A stretch of 64,000 bases of DNA from Sphingobacteriia bacterium (GCA_011390785.1 JAABRR010000018.1:13208-77207); one strand, 5' to 3'. Positions 29,101-39,032 are shown, counted from the stretch's first letter. Numbers and translations are program-made. Notes: generated by a model from the letters alone, not told the origin.

Positions 29101-29423
29101 ATCTTATAGTAGCAGACTCAGCCGAAGATGCTATTGATATTTTAGCTTCACAAACTTTTGATCTCATTCTTTCAGACATATTACTGCCAAACATGGATGG
29201 TTATGAGCTTGCAAGAATTATCAGATCAGGGAAAAAAATCGGTAAAAATGATCCGAAAATACCCATAATTGCTCTTACAGCTGATGCATTTGTAGAAACC
29301 CGCCAAAAGGCTATGGAATCAGGGATGAACGATTTTGTTTCTAAACCTTTCGATTACGACAACCTATTCAATAAAATTTCAAATTACATGCCTGACAAAA
29401 AGAAGAATTCCGCTAAAAACTGA
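26157..29423 (+). CDS. Multi-PAS hybrid sensor histidine kinase with C-terminal receiver
   Basis: The H-box is FLSLMSHEIRTPLNAV. The HATPase motifs are DTGIGI and GGSGLGLSI. The receiver is ILMVEDDKMNQ...LSDILLPNMDG...KP. Several PAS blocks are present. Confidence 0.9.
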   Translation: MSSEDNFKKLREAAENALDRLNSSGKMDNSPENDLKKILHDLQVHQMELEMQNEELRRVQDMLEQEKLRYTNLFEYAPVGYVLMNKQGKITTINQTLCSLLGISKSSVTDKKNLSSYLSPESQDVFYLHIQNLLEKGKSSFCKLAMKTPGNVELWVIMESKIFYSDESSEYIIQSSLTDISASKINEDHLLRLSTAFEQSANSIIITDISGNIQFANPRVFETTGFSEDELIGENPRIIKYENSEVNYSEMWETISSGQTWKGEFINKDKFGNLYWEIATISPVKNKQGKIINYLAIKEDITQRKQAEKNLQKAKDFYLKLLEDFPVMVWQCDKKGNFNFFNKTFASFTGLNPQNINNKAYIKQIHPSDRDIFLDSFNKSLKNNNPFVVEYRLKDRYNNYRWVLNHAKPFSDIDGNYGGFIATSTDIHDRWVVEERLIESEESYRRMFEDSLLGIFKLDRNFQFISANKAFAEMFGYENTVDFLIDINNKPKNFFIDFSIEKEFRKQLVRSKENRFVIEKELTRKDKSVIYTVIHLRKVYERSRNKQYYMEGFIEDVTTRKLSEKKLTLSQQKFKSLFEKSYEAILILDGNLIVDCNKRATEILNLEFDDLINKNITEFSVKRQSERNSRKPLLQQKIDAALKGQSQNFELLLIRNHRTFDAEVSFIRIFMDNKFMVQAIVRDISEKKQAEKQLKQARDDAEKAKMAQSEFLSLMSHEIRTPLNAVVSLTDLMLHEHQSPDQRENLSSVKLSARHLLGLIDDILDYNKIESGNIQFDIEDFDIRSLVSQLEKVFEIKAREKKIKFLTHVEDNVPEVLRADTLRLKQILFNMVANAIKFTNEGYVKLQVEKAHMDDNKVFFEIRDTGIGIAPERLEAIFDKFTQEESSTTRKYGGSGLGLSICKKLVELQKGKIKAISSKNEGSVFSFFLPMEKGDKSAIETLELEEHKDIYSLKEMKILMVEDDKMNQLVGKKVIKTKWKANLIVADSAEDAIDILASQTFDLILSDILLPNMDGYELARIIRSGKKIGKNDPKIPIIALTADAFVETRQKAMESGMNDFVSKPFDYDNLFNKISNYMPDKKKNSAKN

Positions 29424-29486
29424 AAGTTCTTAACTATTGCAGGCCTTTTTGAATCTTTAATTGATACCTCATGTGGTGTTAATTTA

Positions 29487-29494
29487 TAACTTTG
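29487..29494 (+). promoter_or_regulatory. Bacteroidota -7 promoter box (TAACTTTG) upstream of metG
   Basis: Matches TAnnTTTG. It lies 16 nt before the first ATG and 43 nt before the second ATG of metG. Confidence 0.45.
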
Positions 29495-29509
29495 CATCTG
29501 CCTTTATAA

Positions 29510-31606
29510 ATGCAAATATTTCAAAAAATAATCCAAATGGATCCAGGAATTCAAAAGAAAGAGTTTAAAAGATACACCGTTACATCTGCACTTCCTTATG
29601 CAAACGGGCCTGTTCATATCGGCCATTTAGCGGGCGTTTATGTGCCAGCCGACATCTATTCCAGATATTTACGTGCCAAAAAGTATGATATTTTATTTAT
29701 TGGGGGAAGCGATGAGCATGGTGTGCCCATAACCATAAAAGCACGCAAAGAAAACACTACACCGCAGGCTGTTGTTGATAAATATCACAACATGATAAAA
29801 GATTCCTTTAAAGAGTTTGGAATTTCTTTTGATGTTTACAGCCGCACATCAGCTCCCATTCATCATCAAACAGCCTCTGATTTTTTCAAAACTCTTTACG
29901 ATAATGGTAATCTTACAGAAAAAGAATCAGAGCAATATTACGACAACGACAATAAACAATTCCTTGCCGATCGTTATATTATAGGTACCTGTCCACATTG
30001 CAGCCATGATAAAGCTTACGGCGATCAGTGCGAAAATTGTGGCACTTCGCTAAGTGCAACAGATCTTATTAATCCACGATCTGTGCTAAGTGGCAACAAA
30101 CCAGTTATGAAGAAAACAACCCATTGGTATCTGCCCCTGCAAAATTTTGAACCCATGCTTCGAAAATGGATTTTGGAAGATCATAAACATGATTGGAAAT
30201 CTAATGTTTATGGGCAATGCAAATCCTGGATTGATCAGGGACTTCAGCCAAGAGCCGTTACCCGTGATTTGGATTGGGGCGTTAAGGTGCCTGTTGAAGG
30301 GGCAGAAGGTAAAGTACTCTATGTTTGGTTTGATGCTCCGATAGGCTATATTTCGGCTACCCGCGAATGGGGCGAGGCCACAGGAAGGCAATGGGAGCCC
30401 TATTGGAAAAGTGACGACTCAAAGCTCGTTCATTTTATAGGAAAGGATAATATTGTTTTTCATTGTATTATTTTCCCTTCTATGCTAAAGGCTGAAGGGT
30501 CTTTTATTCTCCCAGAAAACGTTCCGGCCAATGAATTCCTTAATCTGGAAGGGGATAAAATTTCAACAAGCCGCAATTGGGCCGTTTGGCTGCACGAATA
30601 TCTGAAAGAGTTTCCGGGTCAGCAGGATGTTTTGCGTTATGCCCTTTGTGCATCAGCACCTGAAGCAAAGGACAACGATTTTACATGGAAAGATTTTCAG
30701 GCTCGTAACAACAATGAGCTATTGGCTATTTTTGGCAATTTTGTTAACCGGACCCTCGTGTTAACCCATAAGTACTTTCAGGGAAAAATCCCCGCAAAGG
30801 GCACCCTTACTGAAGGTGACAGACAAACACTCTCCAGTCTTGAAGATTTTCCTCAAACTATAGCACAAAGTCTGGAAAACTATCGATTCAGAGAAGCCCT
30901 TGCCGAATTGATGAACCTGGCTAGATTAGGTAATAAGTACCTTACCGATAATGAACCCTGGAAAATTTTTAAAACAGATCCTGAGCGGGTGGCTACTATT
31001 CTGAATATTAGTCTTCAAATTTCGGCCGCTATGGCAATACTTTGTGAGCCTTTTCTTCCGTTTACTTCTGAAAAACTGCTGAAAATGCTAAATATGGAAT
31101 TGATAGAGTGGGATAAAGCAGGGAATGAAAATGCTCTTTTAATCGGGCATACAATCAATACTCCTGAACTTTTGTTTTCTAAAATTGAAGATCAGCAAAT
31201 ACAGTTGCAAATAGATAAACTTAATGCTGCCAGAAAACATAATCATGATGAAGAAAATAAAGTGGTAAAACCCATTGCTGATAACATTTCTTTCGATGAT
31301 TTTTCCAAACTGGATTTGCGCATTGCAACAATCATGTCAGCAGAAAAAGTTGCCAAAACAAAGAAATTACTTAAGCTAACGCTTAATACCGGTATTGACA
31401 ACAGAACGGTTGTTTCAGGTATTGCTGAATATTATAACCCGGAAAATATTATAGGAAAACAAGTTGTTTTGCTGGCCAACCTTCAACCTAAAGCAATTAA
31501 AGGAATCGAATCGCACGGAATGATTTTAATGGCCGAAACAGCAGATGGTACGCTGGCATTTTTACAACCCGATAAGCTTATTAATAATGGCGTAAGTATC
31601 TCGTAA
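29510..31606 (+). CDS. metG: Methionine--tRNA ligase
   Basis: Motifs seen: [16 protein letters not shown], a zinc knuckle [25 protein letters not shown], and a C-terminal tRNA-binding domain. The true start may be the ATG at 29537 (MDPGIQ...). Confidence 0.95.
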   Translation: MQIFQKIIQMDPGIQKKEFKRYTVTSALPYANGPVHIGHLAGVYVPADIYSRYLRAKKYDILFIGGSDEHGVPITIKARKENTTPQAVVDKYHNMIKDSFKEFGISFDVYSRTSAPIHHQTASDFFKTLYDNGNLTEKESEQYYDNDNKQFLADRYIIGTCPHCSHDKAYGDQCENCGTSLSATDLINPRSVLSGNKPVMKKTTHWYLPLQNFEPMLRKWILEDHKHDWKSNVYGQCKSWIDQGLQPRAVTRDLDWGVKVPVEGAEGKVLYVWFDAPIGYISATREWGEATGRQWEPYWKSDDSKLVHFIGKDNIVFHCIIFPSMLKAEGSFILPENVPANEFLNLEGDKISTSRNWAVWLHEYLKEFPGQQDVLRYALCASAPEAKDNDFTWKDFQARNNNELLAIFGNFVNRTLVLTHKYFQGKIPAKGTLTEGDRQTLSSLEDFPQTIAQSLENYRFREALAELMNLARLGNKYLTDNEPWKIFKTDPERVATILNISLQISAAMAILCEPFLPFTSEKLLKMLNMELIEWDKAGNENALLIGHTINTPELLFSKIEDQQIQLQIDKLNAARKHNHDEENKVVKPIADNISFDDFSKLDLRIATIMSAEKVAKTKKLLKLTLNTGIDNRTVVSGIAEYYNPENIIGKQVVLLANLQPKAIKGIESHGMILMAETADGTLAFLQPDKLINNGVSIS

Positions 31607-31701
31607 ACGACAAAATTTGTCAATTGGACAAAGTTTTTTATTTGTCAGTATAATACTTGGCTTTTATCTGATAATATTGTTGGGTTAAACAAAAAAATGT
31701 A

Positions 31702-31709
31702 TAATTTTG
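31702..31709 (+). promoter_or_regulatory. -7 promoter box (TAATTTTG) upstream of the tRNA
   Basis: A TAnnTTTG match lies 14 nt before the tRNA 5' end. Confidence 0.45.
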
Positions 31710-31722
31710 CTCACATTCTTTT

Positions 31723-31794
31723 GGCCTCGTAGTTCAATGGATAGAATGGAAGTTTCCTAAACTTTAGATACAGGTTCGATTCCTGTCGAGGCTA
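31723..31794 (+). tRNA. tRNA-Arg (anticodon CCT)
   Basis: Cloverleaf read by eye. The acceptor is GGCCTCG/CGAGGCT. The D-arm is TAGTTCAATGGATAGAA. The anticodon stem GAAGT/ACTTT carries the loop TTCCTAA. The T-arm is GGTTCGATTCC. No CCA is encoded. Confidence 0.85.
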
Positions 31795-31895
31795 CAGTTA
31801 TATAAAAAGCGCACTTAAAATTTTTGCCTCCCCAAAACAAAAAAGGCCTTCAGCTTAGGTGCAGAATGTCTCACAAATTAAAATAAATCAATGTC

Positions 31896-32108
31896 ATGAA
31901 TAGAAAAGATGAGAGACCAAGTAAAATATCTTATGAAAGATATTTGAATGAATTAGGTATTCCCGAAAACCTTAAGAAATCTAATAATGGCCATATCCCG
32001 GATTATGTAAAATATGGCACCTGGCTTAGGGTTAACGATACTGAAAAATTTGAAGATGATTACCAAAACTGGAAAGCCAAGGTTAGAGCTGAACATAACA
32101 TGGATTAA
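31896..32108 (+). CDS. Hypothetical 70-aa protein
   Basis: An isolated ORF with its own strong terminator. No recognisable motifs. Confidence 0.4.
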   Translation: MNRKDERPSKISYERYLNELGIPENLKKSNNGHIPDYVKYGTWLRVNDTEKFEDDYQNWKAKVRAEHNMD

Positions 32109-32136
32109 TCATATTATTAGGTTTTAAATAAAAAAG

Positions 32137-32169
32137 GCTGTCTTATCTGTATTAAGACAGCTTTTTTTT
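32137..32169 (+). terminator. Intrinsic terminator
   Basis: GCTGTCTTA (32137-32145) pairs with TAAGACAGC (32153-32161), followed by T8. Confidence 0.8.
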
Positions 32170-32456
32170 ACATAAACTTTTGTTTTATACAAAATAATGA
32201 AAGTTTACTATCCTAGTATGTTGAATAATTTACCTGCATAGCGATTGCATGCATTCATTTAATAGCTTTTTATTTCTAAAAATCTTTTTGTTGGCAATCA
32301 AAAGTTACAAATCCTGTCACAAAACACATATTCCCAATTCACTTGTTAACCAGGCAATTTACAGGTAACAGTTTTCTCCCAAATACTTGCGTATCTTTCA
32401 AAAAATCAATACATTCACTTTTTTTATATGGAGCCTTATATTTAGTTGCTACTTCC

Positions 32457-32483
32457 TGTAACATTTTACTTAGCTGGTTCGTC
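32457..32483 (+). promoter_or_regulatory. Candidate ECF-type autoregulatory promoter (TGTAAC-N17-CGTC)
   Basis: An AAC -35-like element and a CGTC -10-like element are 17 nt apart. The motif ends 37 nt upstream of the sigma-factor ATG. Confidence 0.35.
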
Positions 32484-32519
32484 ACATCATCAAAACAGAA
32501 ATAAAAGCAAACCGATTGC

Positions 32520-33005
32520 ATGACAACAAGAGATTACAATCAATGCGTTGATAAACATGCCGATGGCGTTTACCGTTTCATCCTGAAAAACATTAAGGAT
32601 GAAGACAAGGCCCGGGATATTGTACAGGATAGTTTTGAGAAAATGTGGAATAAAGCAGCCGAAATTGATGCAGAAAAAGCAAAATCTTATCTCTTTACTA
32701 CTGCCTATCATACAATGATCGACCAAATAAGAAGAGAAAAGAAACAAACAGAGCTTGATGATGATACCATTAATCAACATAGCGTTAACAATAGTTACTC
32801 TGATTTAAAAGAAGTGTTAAATGAAGCCCTGACACGATTGCCCGAAATGCAACGGCATGTTATTATGCTTCGTGACTACGAGGGCTACTCCTATCAGGAA
32901 ATTGGCGAAATAACAAATTTAAACGAATCGCAGGTTAAAGTTTATATCTACAGAGCCAGAACATTTTTAAAGAAGTATATCGGAAAGATGGATTTAGTGG
33001 TTTAA
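32520..33005 (+). CDS. ECF (sigma-70 family group 4) RNA polymerase sigma factor
   Basis: Region 2 is DIVQDSFEKMW ... YLFTTAYHTMIDQIRR. Region 4 is MQRHVIMLRDYEGYSYQEIGEITNLNESQVKVYIYRAR. Confidence 0.9.
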   Translation: MTTRDYNQCVDKHADGVYRFILKNIKDEDKARDIVQDSFEKMWNKAAEIDAEKAKSYLFTTAYHTMIDQIRREKKQTELDDDTINQHSVNNSYSDLKEVLNEALTRLPEMQRHVIMLRDYEGYSYQEIGEITNLNESQVKVYIYRARTFLKKYIGKMDLVV

Positions 33006-33061
33006 AAGAGGAGTCCAATACCAACCTGAAAATTGCCATAAACTTACAAAAGAATACGATC

Positions 33062-34192
33062 ATGAAACCAACAAGAGAAAATTATGAAGCTTATTTTCTT
33101 GATTACCATGAAGGTAACCTGTCGGAAAGCCAGGTAGAGGAGCTGATGAATTTTCTGGCTTTAAATCCCGATCTTAAAGAAGAGCTGGATACTTTCGAAA
33201 TGGTAATGCTGACAGATGAAAATTCTGTATTTCTTGAGAATAAAGACTCTCTGAAGAAAGAAGGAGATGCCTTGCTGACAAGCATGATAGCCTGGCATGA
33301 AAATGACCTTAACGAACAGGAAAGAGTTCTGCTGGAAAAAACTCTGGCCCAGAATACAAAAGCGCAGAAAGATTTTGCCTTGGTAGGTATGGCCCGCTTA
33401 AAGGCTGATTTAGGTATTAATTATCCGAATAAATCGTCCTTAAAAAGATTTATCCTGGTAGGCCGGTTTACTCAACTGCAAAAGATTGCAGCCGCAGCTG
33501 CCGTTTTGGCCTTTATAGCAACGTTGTATTTTACCCTTCCAAATATTATGAATAATAATGAAGTATTGGTTACAACAACGGAAAGCTTCATTTCATCTGA
33601 TGAATTTTCGTCACCTGTTCTTCCTGACACTGATACATCTGTACCCCAGACACTTGAGCCAAAACCCCGCACCCCCGCCGTTATCCAACCCGAACTTATC
33701 CAACAAGAAAACAAACAAGAATCGATTGAACCAACTGAAAAAGGGACCATTTTAGCACCCAGGTTCAAGTCTAATAAAATTGCTGCTATCGAACCTGTTT
33801 TAAATACCAGAATAGAGATGGATACACCCATATTGGCATCAATTGATTTGAAAGAAGAGTTTTACTGGTTTTCCTATATAGGAAACACAGAAAACAAAGA
33901 TGATGATCCGAAAGAGAGGGTCGCTCCATTTCAAAATCCTTTACGGCAAACAGTTACTTCTCTGGCAAGTCTCGCTTATGATGGCATCGAAAAGAACACG
34001 GGTATTGACATCCAGAGTATAGAAAACCGCATAGCTGAAAGAAATTATGGATTATGGGATCTTGCAGGATATAGCCTGGCAGGAATTGGCCAGCTAACTG
34101 GTACTGATGTTACTCTTGAGCGCGAACGTGACGAAACCGGAAAAATAACCACAGCCCTGGCCATTGGCGAAAAGTTCAGGATAAGTCGTTAG
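33062..34192 (+). CDS. Putative anti-sigma factor / membrane protein cognate to the ECF sigma
   Basis: It lies immediately downstream of the sigma gene. The N-terminus is YEAYFLDYHEGNLSESQVEELMNFLALNPDLKEE. It has a single TM (IAAAAAVLAFIATLYF) and no HxxxCxxC zinc motif. Confidence 0.55.
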   Translation: MKPTRENYEAYFLDYHEGNLSESQVEELMNFLALNPDLKEELDTFEMVMLTDENSVFLENKDSLKKEGDALLTSMIAWHENDLNEQERVLLEKTLAQNTKAQKDFALVGMARLKADLGINYPNKSSLKRFILVGRFTQLQKIAAAAAVLAFIATLYFTLPNIMNNNEVLVTTTESFISSDEFSSPVLPDTDTSVPQTLEPKPRTPAVIQPELIQQENKQESIEPTEKGTILAPRFKSNKIAAIEPVLNTRIEMDTPILASIDLKEEFYWFSYIGNTENKDDDPKERVAPFQNPLRQTVTSLASLAYDGIEKNTGIDIQSIENRIAERNYGLWDLAGYSLAGIGQLTGTDVTLERERDETGKITTALAIGEKFRISR

Positions 34193-34202
34193 TAAGATTC
34201 TT

Positions 34203-35126
34203 TCAAGCCAAAGATTGGTTGTCCGAATGCAGGTGTTTCCACCTTCTGTGCGACCATAGCCAGGATTCTGGCTGGGCATAAATGTCTCTTTCCAAATAAG
34301 ATGCAAATAATTGGGTTAACTCACCATGTTTCTCAAATTCAACAGGATTTTCAGTAATCAATTCCAGCTCAATTTGATAAAAACCCTTTCTTATTCGATG
34401 TACTTTACCCCAAATTAAAGGTGTATTAAATTTTTTAGATAATATTTCAGTGCCTTTGAAAAAAGGGGTTTCCTGATTGAGAAATTTAACCCAAAATGCA
34501 TTGTCTTTAGGAGGGGTTTGATCGGCAATAAGAGCAGTGGCCATAATAATATTTCGGTTTCTGATCATTTCGCGGGGTAGATTTTTCATCGTTACCAGCC
34601 AGTTTCCGCTTCGCTGTCTTATTCGAAGTGTATCCCGATCAAAAGCTTTATTGCGTAGTGGGCGATAAGCAGTTAAAATCTGGTGCTTGTTGTAAAGAGG
34701 AAACGCAGAGCCTGCCATTTCCCAGTTGCCTATATGGCCCATCACAATCAATACATTTCTACCTTCATTATAAAATCTTTCCATAAGAGCAGTTGAGGAT
34801 TGTGTGTAATAGGCACGCTGCTTTAATTCTTCGGGTTTCATATTGCGAAATCTGACTACTTCCATCAAAACCTGAGCAAAACACCGGTAAAAATTATTTT
34901 CGATGGTTTTTAGCTCATTATTCTCTTTCTCAGGGAACGAATTTTTTAAATTTTGCCTTACAATAGATAGCCGATATTGAAAAACCTTATGTAAAAGTAT
35001 TGCCAAAACAGAGGCAAAAACAAATAAAACGGAAAACGGAAAACGGGAAATAATATTCAAAAATAATATCAACAGGCCCGAAAGCCTTTCCTTGATAATC
35101 AACCAGGCCGGTTTATTATTCTTCAT
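34203..35126 (-). CDS. LpxL/HtrB-type lipid A biosynthesis (lysophospholipid) acyltransferase family protein
   Basis: It has an N-terminal TM anchor. The HIGNWE block (MGHIGNWEMAG) is the catalytic HX4(D/E) motif of the family. ~307 aa. Confidence 0.75.
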   Translation of the reverse strand: MKNNKPAWLIIKERLSGLLILFLNIISRFPFSVLFVFASVLAILLHKVFQYRLSIVRQNLKNSFPEKENNELKTIENNFYRCFAQVLMEVVRFRNMKPEELKQRAYYTQSSTALMERFYNEGRNVLIVMGHIGNWEMAGSAFPLYNKHQILTAYRPLRNKAFDRDTLRIRQRSGNWLVTMKNLPREMIRNRNIIMATALIADQTPPKDNAFWVKFLNQETPFFKGTEILSKKFNTPLIWGKVHRIRKGFYQIELELITENPVEFEKHGELTQLFASYLERDIYAQPESWLWSHRRWKHLHSDNQSLA

Positions 35127-35212
35127 TAAAGAATAGGTTTAGCTTATCAGCTTGCGTAAAGAAATAATTCGTAAAATTAGCTTGCTATCTTAATCAGAGT
35201 ATTCAGCTATTT

Positions 35213-37477
35213 CTAACATTCAAAATTGGTAAATGTTGGGGTAAGTTGAAAATCAAAATCAGGATATTCATAAACAGGCGCCCTTTTTTCGGTTTCACCC
35301 ATGCTATACCCCCAAATAGTTTCATATTCTTTCCGGTTTTCACCCATTTCTTCAATCTGATCGAGATAAGCAGCAATAGATTTGGATTCTGCAGTAATAA
35401 ATTTACCCATTTTCTTAATAATAGGGCTATGGCTGCGGGTATTATCGTGGTCAAACTCAAGAATTCGACGGCCATTTCGGGTAATTCCAATAACACGAAA
35501 GGTCATGCTTTTACCAACTCCCGGCAGGTTTAACAGATTTCTGTCGGTGGCCAAAAAGGGCAGGCCTGCATCGTTACGGAGAGAATCAATCTGTTCTATC
35601 ATTTTTTCGGCATGAGCCGGAAATTCTTTTAGTCTTTCGAGATTTTCAGCAGGGACCTGCCCAAAAATCTTCTCCTCCATTTGTTCCTGGGCTGCGCGGG
35701 CATTGGTGGCAAATTTGGAACTGTTTTCCATATATCCTTTAACAGAAAAAGTATAGTAAGATAAAATTCCTATATCGTTGAGCACTTTACGCAGTTTGGC
35801 TGCATGGCCGCGACGCGAAGAAGGTGCAGTAAAGACCAGTTGATTGGCAATCATCCAGCCGGCATTACGCAACATGTCTATTGCTTTTTTTGTTTCCGGA
35901 GTAATTTCCAGAGGCGACTGGAAATGAGTTTGGATAACAAATTGACTTATACCAATGGCTGATGCTTTTTTTCTGAAGGTGGCCAGAATATCTGCCAGCT
36001 GGGGTGTAATGCGTTGTGGTAGATAAACCGGAAGTCTTGTACCTAACCGTATGCGCTGAATTTCGGCATATTTTTCGCCATCTTTTCGCAATTTATTGGT
36101 TTCCTTTTTCTTTACAGCCATATTGTAAACGGCATTAAGAATTTTTTCGAGAGATGAGTTGGAGCTCATCAGAGCATCGCCACCTGTAATTAGAATGTCG
36201 CGCAATCGTGAATCATTTTCCCAGTATTTCATGATCTGTTCCAGCTTATCATCCCATGTTTCTTGCGGTCTCAGCTTATCGAGATCAAAATTTAGGTGGC
36301 CACGCTGAAAATCGTACATTCGCTGGCAAGATGCACACAACCCGGCACAGGCGCGTCCCATGGTATCGGGTATTAAAATGGCAACTTCCGGATAACGGCG
36401 ATGAACATTATGGCGGGTAGGTAAGATCCATCCGGCAGCATTGGGTTTTCCGGGCTCAACAATATCTTCTTTTTCCCATGCTACAATATGTCCAAACTCA
36501 TCAACCAGTTGTTTACTGTAAATTACATAATAGCGTATAGCCAGATCGGCACCACGAGCAAAGTCAGGTACATCAACATTTAGCAACGAAAGATAATGGG
36601 GGTTTATAAAGAAAGGAATACCCTGTTTATGCGCTCTGTAAAGTACTTTCATGGTTTCATCGTCGAGCGAATTGGCCAGTAATTCGTTGAGCAGATCAGG
36701 ATTTCGCACGGCAAAACGCAGGTGAAAAATGTGATCGTTCCACCAACCATTCATCATCCTAATTTTATCTTCCCATGTTAGTCCTGCGGGGAATTTATAT
36801 TTGGGACTCTTTATTTCGCCGGAGTCAATCTTTTTTGCAAGAATATTAATAATTCTTTGCTTATTTTGTTTTCTTATTTTAACAATCTCCTTATCCAGAC
36901 CGGAATAATGTCTTTTCATCCAGGTCTGAATTTGATCCAAATCCGGCAATTGTCTTTTTGCCTGGCCATTAAACTGTCTAAAAAGTTGGATCATGTCTTT
37001 AAAGAAGTTTGTTTTAGCTCCGCCAATTCCTTCTATGGTTGCCAGCCAAAGAACTTTGAATGGTTCTGATATGGCTTTTTTCCCCTTGAGATTTAAATCA
37101 TCAATGGTAATGCCTGAATGATCGATATAATCCATAATACGAATTGCGGCTATGTCTTGCCATGAGAGCTTTTTGAGCGCATTCATTCCCTTGCTTTTAT
37201 ACTGATAACAGGCAAAGGCATGCGGGTTATTATCCATATATTGCATCAGCCTTTTTCTTAAAGCTATTTCAACATTTTCAAAAGTATCTGATTCACGCAG
37301 TATGATTTCCAGCCTTGGATTTTCCTTTAAAAGGATATCAAGGTATTTTTTTGCCGTAGCACTTATTGGTGTTTGATCCAAATGTTCTAAAGTTGTATAC
37401 GAATGTGTTTCAATCATGACAGCTAAACAAATATTTAAGGGTAATATTATCGGATTTGGTACTTCAAATGTAATCAT
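35213..37477 (-). CDS. KamA-family (lysine 2,3-aminomutase-like) radical SAM protein with a ~330-aa N-terminal extension
   Basis: The CX3CX2C cluster motif is GRACAGLCASCQRMY. DILITGGDALM is a KamA-like block. The protein is 754 aa, whereas my recollection is ~400 aa for canonical KamA. An alternative ATG lies at 37417. Confidence 0.7.
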   Translation of the reverse strand: MITFEVPNPIILPLNICLAVMIETHSYTTLEHLDQTPISATAKKYLDILLKENPRLEIILRESDTFENVEIALRKRLMQYMDNNPHAFACYQYKSKGMNALKKLSWQDIAAIRIMDYIDHSGITIDDLNLKGKKAISEPFKVLWLATIEGIGGAKTNFFKDMIQLFRQFNGQAKRQLPDLDQIQTWMKRHYSGLDKEIVKIRKQNKQRIINILAKKIDSGEIKSPKYKFPAGLTWEDKIRMMNGWWNDHIFHLRFAVRNPDLLNELLANSLDDETMKVLYRAHKQGIPFFINPHYLSLLNVDVPDFARGADLAIRYYVIYSKQLVDEFGHIVAWEKEDIVEPGKPNAAGWILPTRHNVHRRYPEVAILIPDTMGRACAGLCASCQRMYDFQRGHLNFDLDKLRPQETWDDKLEQIMKYWENDSRLRDILITGGDALMSSNSSLEKILNAVYNMAVKKKETNKLRKDGEKYAEIQRIRLGTRLPVYLPQRITPQLADILATFRKKASAIGISQFVIQTHFQSPLEITPETKKAIDMLRNAGWMIANQLVFTAPSSRRGHAAKLRKVLNDIGILSYYTFSVKGYMENSSKFATNARAAQEQMEEKIFGQVPAENLERLKEFPAHAEKMIEQIDSLRNDAGLPFLATDRNLLNLPGVGKSMTFRVIGITRNGRRILEFDHDNTRSHSPIIKKMGKFITAESKSIAAYLDQIEEMGENRKEYETIWGYSMGETEKRAPVYEYPDFDFQLTPTFTNFEC

Positions 37478-37511
37478 TTTCGGGCAAACAGATGCCAGGG
37501 TGATGATTAAG

Positions 37512-39032
37512 CTATCGTAAAGGTTTGAATCTATTGGAGATACGAAAAAGCAGAGGTTTTAAGGTTTCACGTGCTTCGGCATCGATAACCCAAACAGAAA
37601 ACGCAAAAACGGCCAAAATAAATGCACTGATAATCCAGCCAACAATACGATGTATTTCAGGAATCAACCCGTGAAGCCAGAAAAGCACAAGAGCAGCTAC
37701 CATAAAAAGGAATATGCGTGGAATATCGTACTTAACATGATAGTATTTTTTACCCCAATACCATGAAATCAATGTCATACTGAAATTACAGAAAAGATGT
37801 GCCCAGGCAGAGCCCATGTAACCCAAAACCGGGATAAGCATGATGTTGAGCACAATGGTAATGAAAGCCCCAATAACGGCAATATAGGCACCGAAACGGG
37901 TTTGCCCGGTAAGTTTATACCAGATGGAAAGGTTAAAATATATTCCCAGAAAAATATGTGCCATTAGCAGAATGGGCACAACCTGGAGTCCTTCACGAAA
38001 ATCGCTTCCAATAAAATACTGGATAATATCCATATAAAGCATAATACCCAGAAAGATGAAAAGGCAGGTTACAACAAATACTTTCATAACTCTGGCGTAT
38101 AGGGCTTTGGCATTTTCATTTTTATACTCGGCAAAGAAAAATGGCTCGGCTGCAAAGCGAAATGCTTGTGTAAAAAGCACCATTAATACAGAAACACGGT
38201 AGCATGCACCATAAATACCCAGTTGCGACATGGCAATATCGGCCGGGAGCATGTATTTAAGAAGAATCTTGTCGAGAGCTTCATTAAGCACGCCTGCCAG
38301 TCCGGCTATCAAAAGGGGTATGGCATAAACGATCATGGTTTTCCAGATGGAGATGGAAACTTTGAAACCACTTCGTAAAATTACAGGTAGCAGCATAAAC
38401 CCTATGATGACGCTGGAAGCAAGATTTGAAATAAAAACATATCCTACTCCAATTTCGGGGTTGTAAAAAGATTGTACCCATGATACAATATAGGATGGTG
38501 CATTTTTAACTAACCACGGGCATCCTACTATGAAAAACACTACCAGGGCTATGTTAACCCCAATACCAACCAGTTTTACTGTGGCAAATAAAATGGGGCG
38601 GTTTTCGGCCCTAAGTCGGGCAAAAGGTATAGACATTACAGCGTCCAAACCAATTATGATCCCAAACCACAATACATATTCCGGATGATCAGGATAGCGC
38701 ATAAGGGCTGCAATATCGCTGCTGAAAACAGTGGTGAAAATTACAAATACCCCTGAAAGAGTAAGAACAGAGAACAACGACGTGCCAAAAACTGAGTTTT
38801 TCTGATTTAAATTTTGTTCTGAAAACCGGAAAAATGCGGTCTCCATTCCATGAGTAAGAATTACGATAAGAATGGCAACGTAGGAATATATTTCGGTAAT
38901 TACACCAAACTCATGGGTAAGAAAATAGTTGGTATACAGAGGAACCAGCAGATAATTGAGAAGCCTGCCCACAATACTGCTTACACCGTATATAGCCGTT
39001 TGGCCGGCCAGTCTTTTGATTGCGTTTGTCAT
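37512..39032 (-). CDS. MOP-superfamily polysaccharide/lipid-linked oligosaccharide flippase (Wzx/MurJ-like)
   Basis: ~12-14 TM segments. The N-terminus IKRLAGQTAIYGVSSIVGRLLNYLLVPLYT is typical of the family. The track start is GTG, so the ATG at 39032 is preferred. Confidence 0.75.
   Translation of the reverse strand: MTNAIKRLAGQTAIYGVSSIVGRLLNYLLVPLYTNYFLTHEFGVITEIYSYVAILIVILTHGMETAFFRFSEQNLNQKNSVFGTSLFSVLTLSGVFVIFTTVFSSDIAALMRYPDHPEYVLWFGIIIGLDAVMSIPFARLRAENRPILFATVKLVGIGVNIALVVFFIVGCPWLVKNAPSYIVSWVQSFYNPEIGVGYVFISNLASSVIIGFMLLPVILRSGFKVSISIWKTMIVYAIPLLIAGLAGVLNEALDKILLKYMLPADIAMSQLGIYGACYRVSVLMVLFTQAFRFAAEPFFFAEYKNENAKALYARVMKVFVVTCLFIFLGIMLYMDIIQYFIGSDFREGLQVVPILLMAHIFLGIYFNLSIWYKLTGQTRFGAYIAVIGAFITIVLNIMLIPVLGYMGSAWAHLFCNFSMTLISWYWGKKYYHVKYDIPRIFLFMVAALVLFWLHGLIPEIHRIVGWIISAFILAVFAFSVWVIDAEARETLKPLLFRISNRFKPLR

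Noticed and set aside
31723-32519. tRNA-Arg as a possible integration site for a mobile element (orphan small ORF directly downstream)
   Set aside because: There is no integrase, recombinase or phage gene, and no direct repeat of the tRNA 3' end was found downstream in the window. The flank returns immediately to an ECF sigma/anti-sigma pair.
32339-32780. Two minus-strand ORFs (60 and 96 aa) overlapping the start of the ECF sigma gene
   Set aside because: The sigma-factor frame has clear region 2 and 4 motifs. The antisense products are hydrophobic, low-complexity artefacts.
35203-35615. ORFs of 77-97 aa overlapping the 3' end of the KamA-like gene
   Set aside because: They overlap a long, motif-supported ORF in alternative frames or strands, and nothing supports them independently.
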